Shown here piece after piece: positions 26,162-33,640 of a stretch of DNA of 43,892 bases. Made by a program: the position numbers and the translations under genes. The notes below the pieces were generated by a model. That model saw only the letters and a list, made by a program, of their open reading frames with translations, searched no databases and was not told where the DNA came from. The stretch is from NCBI GenBank assembly GCA_964502895.1, contig CAZCZP010000003.1, positions 1-43,892 of the forward strand, in the 5' to 3' direction. The first letter of the stretch is position 1, and every line of letters begins with the position of its first letter. Origin of the DNA: an uncultured Bifidobacteriaceae bacterium. GTDB lineage: Bacteria > Verrucomicrobiota > Verrucomicrobiia > Limisphaerales > JADLHS01.

Positions 26162-28453
26162 GTGAACAAAGCAGTGCAATCCAGTATCAAGTCGCGGTGG
26201 ATGCGTTTTCAAAGTGTCCTGGCCACGCCTGTTAACGGCGCATCGCTGGCGGCATTTCGCATCGCGCTGGGATTGGTCATGGCGCTGGAGGCTTACTCGC
26301 TCTTCCGGCCGAACGTTGCCGCTATCAGCACCGGGCTGAGTCCGCTCCAGACTTATTACACTTCTGCCGAAATCAAATTCCATTTTCCGTACGTGGGCTT
26401 CGAGTGGGTGCCGTTGTTGCCTGCCCAGTGGATTCATGTCCTGGTCTGCCTCCAGGCATTGGCGGGACTGACCATGGCGCTTGGATTATGCTATCGCGTC
26501 TCAGCCGCAACGGTCTTTCTGACGTGGGGCTACCTGTTCGTCGTGGAATCCACCAGATCCTACTGGCAAAGCCACTATTACCTGGAGGCGCTGCTGACTT
26601 TTTTGATGATCTGGATGCCTGCGGCCCGCAGGTACAGCCTGGATGCGTGGCTGGCGCGAGGTAAATTACAATCTCAAACCGTCCCGTCCTGGCCCATCGC
26701 CCTCTTGCGTGGGCAATTGGTCATCACCTACTTCTACGCCGGCGTCGCCAAACTCAACGCCGATTGGTTGCTGGACGCCGTACCCACTCGCTGGGTGCTC
26801 GCGCAGCCCAGTATCCTCGCTCCATACGAGCCATACCTTTCAGCCTCGGTCCTCGAATCCATAAGGGGAATTCTGCAGAGCGCTTGGTTCGCCTACTTCA
26901 TCAATTACGCCGGAGCCGTATTCGATCTTGGTGTCGGATTCATGCTTGTGGCCCGTCGCACGAGACTATTTGGCATGGTCCTGATGGTGCTGTTTCATGC
27001 CACCAACCATTTCATCATCTTTGATGACATCGGTTGGTTTCCACTGGTTGGGGTCGCCACCGCCTTCATTTTTCTGGAGCCTGACTGGCCGGAGCGGCTT
27101 CGGAATCGCATTTGCAACCTTTGGTCAGCCAACTCGGAGCACCGCAAAGGCGCAAAGGTTCGGAAGGAACAGGCGGCAAAGGTCGCGCGCCTCGTTTCAA
27201 CTGAAAACAAGCGTGCGCCCGCACCGGGCATCCAGCCAGCCCAAGGCCTCCAGCCCGCGACCTTCGTCCTGGCCTGGCTCGTCTGGCAGTCCTTGATGCC
27301 GATCCGCCATTTTCTAATCCGGGCCGATTCACGCTTCACTTACGAATCGCAGAGCTTCAGTTGGCGGCTCAAAGCGGACGCGCGCCGGGCGGCTCCGGCG
27401 GAAATCACAATCAAAGATCAAGTGCTTGTCCCTGATTCCGTCGGCACGACCAATGCGAGTCCAACGGCGCCCGCGACGCGTGTTAATTGGGAACACTGGC
27501 GCGGCGAGCGCGTGCTCTATCGCCGCGTGTCACCCGGGCGGATTGATTGGGAGCGCCTGCCGGAAATTTTCGTCTCGTTGGAACCCATCATCGGCGAGCG
27601 AGTGCTTTACAATCCTCACAGCGGTTCGAGAAGCAATCGGTCGGAAACCGTTTCCCTTGATTACATCCGCTCGCTCTGGCAAGGCCGTTTCGGCCACCAG
27701 CCCAAGGCTGTCAACGCAACGGGTGGTCTGAGTGGCTTTCTTCGCGCGGTCGCCAACGGTTTGCGCGCAGGCGGGAATCAACTGGAAGCCAACGAACTCG
27801 ATCGGCTGGCGGTGCAATATGCGGACAACCACGGCCAGGCCAAGGCGATACCCGACTACGCCGAGGTCGTTGATTTGTTGCGCGGTTTGCACCAACGCGA
27901 CAAAACGGGGGCCATGACCCGATTGCTTCGCTCATTGTCCCCCTTCGCAATGGAAGGAGAGCCCGTGCGACCTTCGCCATGCCTCGTGATTGATGACCCG
28001 CTGTTTCTGGAAGAACAGAGGCGCTCCACCAACGCGCCTCTGGTGATTTACACCACCGACCTAGGTCCGGACGGAATAAAAATGTTGCCCCAGGTTTGCA
28101 TCTTCGATTCGCAAGAACGGCCCGAACTCCCCCCGTACATCTGGTGGAACAGTCCGAAAGATCTGACTCTGTCGAAGCTCATGCACGTCAGCGCGCAACC
28201 GTTTTACCTGAGGCGCTATGCGCGTCGCGTCGCGGAACTCTGGCAATCGGAATACGGACGCCGCCCGGCCATTCACGCCATCACCTTGATGTCACTCAAC
28301 GGGCGGCCGCCCCAACCCATGGTTGATCCCAACGCGGATCTGGCCTCGGTGTCGGTTGCCTGGTTTCGTCACAATCCCTGGATCAGAGACTTGGAGACGC
28401 CGCGCATTCCAAAGTCCGCCGTCGCCTCGAATCCGGGATTCACTTCACCCTGA
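26162..28453 (+). CDS. Vitamin K-dependent gamma-glutamyl carboxylase homologue (HTTM domain membrane protein, full-length VKGC-like architecture)
   Basis: By-eye alignment to human GGCX recalled from memory. [16 protein letters not shown] ~ [29 protein letters not shown] ~ [26 protein letters not shown] ~ [36 protein letters not shown] ~ [32 protein letters not shown] ~ FCSPEWPRKL. FSWRLK ~ YSWDMM in the post-membrane domain. At 763 aa it is similar in length to the 758-aa human enzyme. GTG start at 26162; the ATG at 26201 ([16 protein letters not shown]) is an alternative. Confidence 0.9.
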   Translation: [763 protein letters not shown]

Positions 28454-28481
28454 ATCGGCGGGTCTTCGCAGCAGCCTTCAC

Positions 28482-30098
28482 TCATCGTTTCAAGGCGCGA
28501 TAGAAACGCTGCGGAAAATTGGTCGCCGCCAGATCCAGGAACTGAAACTGTGTGCTGTTCGGGATCACGCTCGTCAGCGAAAGCCAGCTTTGAAAATCTG
28601 TGGAGGCAATGATTTCATACGTCAGGCCGGTGGGCCCGCTGATGTTGAACTGAAAACTCCCATTCGCTCCCGGCGAAGCACCGCTCAACACCGGTGGCGA
28701 CGCCGGGAACGTAATTTCCCAAAGCCCCTGGCTGCCGCCGTGTTCCACCACATAAATCCGGTTGCCGATGATCTCCGCGTCAATCGGATTGGCGAAACCG
28801 CTTACCAATCGAGTGACGGTCATTTGATAATTGGTGTCCCCAAGTTTTGTCAGATTCAATTGCAACAGGTCCTGGCTTGCGTCGCGGAATGGTCCGGCTA
28901 CGCCGTTGCCGTTCGCGTCGCCGGGCGTCCAGCTCAAGACAAAACCCTGCCCGCGAAACGGTGGCGCCATCGCCCCGGCCGAGTCAAAAACCAAGCCCAG
29001 CGGCGAGCGATGCGCGGTGAACGAAGCGAGCGTGCGTCCCTGGTTGCTGGAATCCTTCACCACGCCGTCCGCCGGATCGCGATAACTGTCGGCATCCGGG
29101 CCAAGACTGACGACCGGTTCGGTGAAGTTCGTGGGTGGCGGCGGAAAGGTAGGATCATTGTGGTAGTAGCCGCTGCTGACTGCGATGAATCGCGAATCGA
29201 GCAGCCGGTCCGTGCTGGGATCGTAGCCGGGAAATTGCTGCGGATTATCCGTCCCGCCAATTCGCCACGGGAAACCGTAGTGCAATCCCGGGCGCAGCCA
29301 GTTGATTTCTTCCGACATGTCACGATCCGGACCGTTCTCCGTGCCGAACAAATCACCGTTGGGCGCGAAGGCGAAATCGAAGGTGTTGCGAATTCCTTCG
29401 GCAAATACATAACCCGCCTGCCGCAGCGCGTTGATGTCATTGGTCAAAACCAGATTCGAGCCGGACGCCGGCAGCCGGAGGATTTTTGCCGTCAGGGCGA
29501 CTTCGCGCGTGTTGGGAAAAACGCCGCTCCGGGTTTGGATTTCGCCATGATCCGTCCGCGAACCGCTGTTCAGATAAACGTACTGGCCGTCGGGGCTTAC
29601 GACGATGCCGTTGCACACGTGATCGAACGCCGTCGCGCTGCGCGCGTAGGGCTGCGTTGTGGCCAGCACCGACCAAGTGCGGCTGCCGCCCGCGCCCGGC
29701 ACGCCTTTCATGATGCGAGCGAACGTGTTGTTGTTGCTGTTCGTGTTGACGTTGCCCACGAGATAAATTGTTCCGTCCGGTCCGATCGCCATGCCTTGCG
29801 CGCTGCCAGGGATTCCGTGATTCGCGGACGTATAAACCCGGTTGCTCGTCGAACTGTTGCCGGGCTGCAAGTTGACCTGGTAAATGTCTCCGTTCATCCG
29901 CGAGTAAAAAAGTTGGTTGTTCCGCGGGTCTTTAGCGATGCGGATCGAATTCCCGCTGCCGGTTGATGTGTTTAGCACGAGCCGAATTTGCAGATTGGTG
30001 TTAAGCGCAACCGGCGCGGACTTGGCCGCGTTTGCGATGAAAAACAGGAACAGGAAAGTGATCCCGAAATACGGGCTGAAACGGGGACAGTGCTTCAT
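28482..30098 (-). CDS. PQQ-dependent sugar (glucose/sorbosone) dehydrogenase-like beta-propeller protein with C-terminal beta-sandwich module
   Basis: Start taken at MKHCPRFSPYFGITFLFLFFIANAAKSAP (signal peptide; ATG at 30098). The track ORF extends to 30230. GSDH-type motifs GIRNTFDFAFAPNGDLFGTENGPDRDMSEEINWLRPGLHYGFPW. The C-terminal ~70 aa end in …FPQRFYRALKR. Confidence 0.85.
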   Translation of the reverse strand: MKHCPRFSPYFGITFLFLFFIANAAKSAPVALNTNLQIRLVLNTSTGSGNSIRIAKDPRNNQLFYSRMNGDIYQVNLQPGNSSTSNRVYTSANHGIPGSAQGMAIGPDGTIYLVGNVNTNSNNNTFARIMKGVPGAGGSRTWSVLATTQPYARSATAFDHVCNGIVVSPDGQYVYLNSGSRTDHGEIQTRSGVFPNTREVALTAKILRLPASGSNLVLTNDINALRQAGYVFAEGIRNTFDFAFAPNGDLFGTENGPDRDMSEEINWLRPGLHYGFPWRIGGTDNPQQFPGYDPSTDRLLDSRFIAVSSGYYHNDPTFPPPPTNFTEPVVSLGPDADSYRDPADGVVKDSSNQGRTLASFTAHRSPLGLVFDSAGAMAPPFRGQGFVLSWTPGDANGNGVAGPFRDASQDLLQLNLTKLGDTNYQMTVTRLVSGFANPIDAEIIGNRIYVVEHGGSQGLWEITFPASPPVLSGASPGANGSFQFNISGPTGLTYEIIASTDFQSWLSLTSVIPNSTQFQFLDLAATNFPQRFYRALKR

Positions 30099-30246
30099 GA
30101 AACGCAGTGTTCGATTTGAGCATAATCGCGTCAAGTGAGAATCTAGGTTCGCCGTTTGCCGCGTTTGATCGCCTTCGTCCTTGTGCTTGGGATACGGTTG
30201 CGTTGTATTACGGCCGCAGCCAGACCACAACTTCGCCTAGCTTGCT

Positions 30247-30778
30247 ATGCGCATTACGATGAATCCCACGCGAGTCGCGGCAACGTTCGCGAAGTTCTCG
30301 GACAACCGTTCCTTCCAGGAAAGCGCTCAACTGTTCGCGCGCGGTCTGCCGATCGCGGAGATGCTTCAGGCCTTTGCCATGAACGAAAACGTACTGCGGG
30401 CTTTCGCAGGGTTTGATCGCATTTATCCTGAGGGCGCGCTTGAACGCGGCGTTCTTGAAAAAGTGATTCTGCGCGTCTCCCAACTCCACGAATGCCAGTT
30501 TTGCGTCAACTCGCATCTGGACATCATGCAGTCCGTCGGAATCGCCACAGACCTTTCGTCCGATGAACACCAAACGAAGCGTGAACGCCTGGCCGTTGAG
30601 TATGCAGGGTTGATCACACTCGATTCAAATCGCATCCCTGACGTTCTTTGAAAGCCTGCGCGCGTCATTCGCGGACACTGAAATTGTGGAGCTTACTTTC
30701 CTGGTCGGTCTTATCACGATGCTTAACCGGTTCCACAACGCGCTGCAGGTGTGTTACCGGGGCGAATTCAAGGAATGA
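30247..30778 (+). pseudogene. Carboxymuconolactone decarboxylase (CMD)/AhpD-like family gene interrupted by a +1 frameshift near 30640-30646
   Basis: Frame 1 (30247..30651) encodes the AhpD-like core with the motif LHECQFCVNSHLD and stops at …NRIPDVL*. The expected C-terminal helices continue in the next frame from 30644: FFESLRASFADTEIVELTFLVGLITMLNRFHNALQVCYRGEFKE*, with the stop at 30776-30778. Together they make a normal-length (~176 aa) CMD-family protein. Confidence 0.7.
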
Positions 30779-30831
30779 CGTGTCGTTGACGCAAGAGTGG
30801 CTCAGCGCCCTCCCACCAAGACGCGGGCGAT

Positions 30832-32430
30832 TTACTTGGGAGTGGTCGCCCCCTCGGATGCCGCAACGGTGTTGCGCAGGATGAGCAGTGAAGGCCCTTC
30901 CTTTTGCCAGCGTTGCAGCAATGTTTCCGGTGCTCGGAAGGGCGTCTTGTAAACCCCGCCAAGGACGACGTCCACGTCGCCATCGCCATCCAGATCGCCG
31001 GCGTCCATCGTCAGCCATCGGCCCCGTTGACAATCGGGAAACGTATGGGCCGTAAATTTGAGCCGGCCTTGGTTTTCCAAATACACAAAACTTTCCTCCG
31101 GCGATTTATCGTAGTCGGGGAAGAATGAAATGGCTGCAATGTCCAGGTCCCCATCACCGTCGAAATCCGCGGCCGTGGACTTATACGCCCCATTCAACGG
31201 ATAGAAGAACGCTTCCTTGAAGTTCCAGCGCCCGTCGTTCAAATGAATTCGGACCCCGTGATATTTTCGGGGCGGACACTCGAAATCGCCGCGGTCGCCG
31301 TTGGCCGCCAGAATGTCCGGGTGACCGTCGCGGTTGAAATCTGCCAGCTCGAAATACGCGAAACCCCAGACCGGCGGCTGCTCGATCAAGGCCTTTTCTG
31401 CAAATGTCCCGTTCCCCAGGTTGCGAAATAAAAATACACCTTCCTTGCCTTGGCCCATCAGCGCGATGACGTCAAGTTTTCCATCTCGATCCGCGTCGAG
31501 TATCCGCGAAGACACTGCGCCTGGACGATCAACGATCGTGTTTTCAGGATACTCGCACGGGCCGGAGCGCCGGTACCAAGCCAGACGGCCCGCCGTGTTG
31601 CCAAACGAACTCACGACCAGTTCCTCGTCTCCGTCATCAAACAAATTTGCCGCCGCCGTATGCACCGGGCGCAACAATCCCGTGATGACGTCGCAGCGCT
31701 TTTCAAAACGGTTTTCGTTTCGATCAAAAAGTGTGACGAGGCCATGGGGCAGATCATTGGGGGGTACGATCCCGATCTGCGTGCCGAGCCAGCCATCCGG
31801 TCGCTTGAGCAAATGAGTCACCGTCGTATTCACCGGCGAACTGGCGAGCAGGCGGCCCTGGGCATCCAGCACGTCCAGGGATTTCTTCAGCGCGTTCCCG
31901 ACATAAATCTGGCGCGTCACGGAATCAATCTGGATCATTGTGGCGTAGCCGTTCGTCACTTCATACTTTGGGTCTTCAACAACAAACGAGGCGAGGTCAG
32001 GCACAATCCGCGGGCGGGACTCCTGGGGCGGAGTTTTTTCCGGAGCGGCCACCGCGTAGTAGTCATTCCAAATCACGTTCCATTGTTCCATCAACGCGCG
32101 TGCGTCGGGGGAAGGATTGTTCTCCAACGCGGCAACGCCCATCGTCAGGCGCATCCGCGATTTGACGTGATTCGTCCACGTAAAACGGTCGAGCAATTCC
32201 GGCTCGGGAAACAAATGACAAACGGAACAAATGTTCGTGGCCAACATTCGCGCCCGCTGAAATTCCGGCTTCTCCAGCACTCCGCGGGCGGCTGCCGGAG
32301 CAGGCCAGACCAAGAACCACAAAATCACAATCACTGCAAACAACAGATGGAGCATCCGTCGCGGCGGCCGGTCGGACGCGCACACGCGGTCCATGATTTG
32401 CGTTGCATGCTTGCGAAATGCCTCGGCCAT
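30832..32430 (-). CDS. FG-GAP/VCBS repeat protein with an N-terminal CxxCH (heme c-type) motif
   Basis: TM/signal segment MLHLLFAVIVILWFLVWPAPAAA, then NICSVCHLFPEPELLDRF (CSVCH encoded at 32215-32229). C-terminal propeller repeats (LDADRDGKLDVIA, ADFNRDGHPDILA, ADFDGDGDLDIAA, GDLDGDGDVDVVL). Candidate starts: TTG 32478, ATG 32430, ATG 32355. Confidence 0.85.
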   Translation of the reverse strand: MAEAFRKHATQIMDRVCASDRPPRRMLHLLFAVIVILWFLVWPAPAAARGVLEKPEFQRARMLATNICSVCHLFPEPELLDRFTWTNHVKSRMRLTMGVAALENNPSPDARALMEQWNVIWNDYYAVAAPEKTPPQESRPRIVPDLASFVVEDPKYEVTNGYATMIQIDSVTRQIYVGNALKKSLDVLDAQGRLLASSPVNTTVTHLLKRPDGWLGTQIGIVPPNDLPHGLVTLFDRNENRFEKRCDVITGLLRPVHTAAANLFDDGDEELVVSSFGNTAGRLAWYRRSGPCEYPENTIVDRPGAVSSRILDADRDGKLDVIALMGQGKEGVFLFRNLGNGTFAEKALIEQPPVWGFAYFELADFNRDGHPDILAANGDRGDFECPPRKYHGVRIHLNDGRWNFKEAFFYPLNGAYKSTAADFDGDGDLDIAAISFFPDYDKSPEESFVYLENQGRLKFTAHTFPDCQRGRWLTMDAGDLDGDGDVDVVLGGVYKTPFRAPETLLQRWQKEGPSLLILRNTVAASEGATTPK

Positions 32431-32920
32431 ACTTCGGGTAACCAGACGGAGGCTTGCACGTTTTTGAAGCGGCGGCAATCGCGAGAGTTAGTTTTTGCCA
32501 GGCCGCCACGAATCCGGCAGAAGGCTTGCCCGGACACAGCGAAGCCCACGGAAGTCGCCCCAAGGCGTTGCGGCATTCAGCCGGGGTATCTCCAAAGCTT
32601 TTGGGCTACACTTATGGAAACCATCCAGCGGGAAAAGAAACGCCAGGCTAGACCAAGAATAAATGATTGCTGATGGAAAGTGTGAACGCGACCTGCGAAA
32701 AACCTCCTGCAGGCGTTTTCAACACTCACCTGAACGGTGTAGTAATAATGGTGAAACGGTGACGCAAGGGTTTATTGGAACAGAGAAACGCTTCGCGACC
32801 GCCAATATCGCCTGGTTCGGTTCAACGCTGCCTTCGCCCCGCGATGCGACCATCGAAACGCGAACTCCAGCCACACGCCATGATTCCGCAGGCGTGCGTG
32901 GCAACTTGGTTCAGGCCGGT

Positions 32921-33640
32921 TCACCACACGAGCTTGTATCCGACCCCATGCACCGTGAGCAGATGCTTGGGTTCGCCGCCGTTGTCGCCGAGTTTTTTTC
33001 GCAATTGGACTATTACTTGATCCAGCGTGCGCGTCGTACCGTAGTAATTGTAACCCCAGACTTCGTTCAACAGGCGGTCGCGGGACAACACCTCGCCCAC
33101 GTGCGCATGAAACAGTTGAAGCAGCTTCAGTTCACGGGCGGTGAGTTCCTCGACGACCTTGCCGCGACTAATCTGAAACGTCTTCGAGTCAATCCGGGCA
33201 TCGCCAATGGTGAAGGCGGCATCATCCTTCACACCGTTCGCGGATTCGCTCCCGCCGCGCCGCAGCAGGGCATGGATGCGCGCCAACAGTTCACGCACCC
33301 CGAACGGCTTGGTGACATAATCGTCGGCGCCGAGATCGAGGCCAACAACTTTGTCAATTTCCTGACCCTTGGCCGTGAGCATGAGAATGGGCGTCGTGTT
33401 CTTTTCCGCGCGCAATTGTTTGCAGACGTCGTAACCGCTCAACCCCGGCAGCATCACATCCAATACAATCAACGCCGGCCGGTATTTGGTTGCGGCTTCA
33501 ATGGCCTGGTCGCCGCGGCTGCAGGTGCGTACCTCGAAGCCGTCGCTTTTCAAGACTTCTTCCAGGCCGAGCAGGATGTGTGGATCATCCTCGACCACCA
33601 GAATTTTGGGTTTTGTTCCCGGTGTTGTCTGTGTGCTCAC
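32921..33640 (-). CDS. OmpR/PhoB-family response regulator
   Basis: GTG start overlapping the kinase stop (GTGA). Receiver domain KILVVEDDPHILLGLEEVL…LIVLDVMLPGLSGYDVCKQLR. Winged-helix output LTARELKLLQLF…LSRDRLLNEVWG…TRTLDQVIVQLRKKL…LLTVHGVGYKL. Confidence 0.93.
   Translation of the reverse strand: MSTQTTPGTKPKILVVEDDPHILLGLEEVLKSDGFEVRTCSRGDQAIEAATKYRPALIVLDVMLPGLSGYDVCKQLRAEKNTTPILMLTAKGQEIDKVVGLDLGADDYVTKPFGVRELLARIHALLRRGGSESANGVKDDAAFTIGDARIDSKTFQISRGKVVEELTARELKLLQLFHAHVGEVLSRDRLLNEVWGYNYYGTTRTLDQVIVQLRKKLGDNGGEPKHLLTVHGVGYKLVW

Noticed and set aside
28323-29966. 547-aa + ORF
   Set aside because: Antisense to the PQQ-dehydrogenase-like propeller gene; Arg-rich with no motifs.
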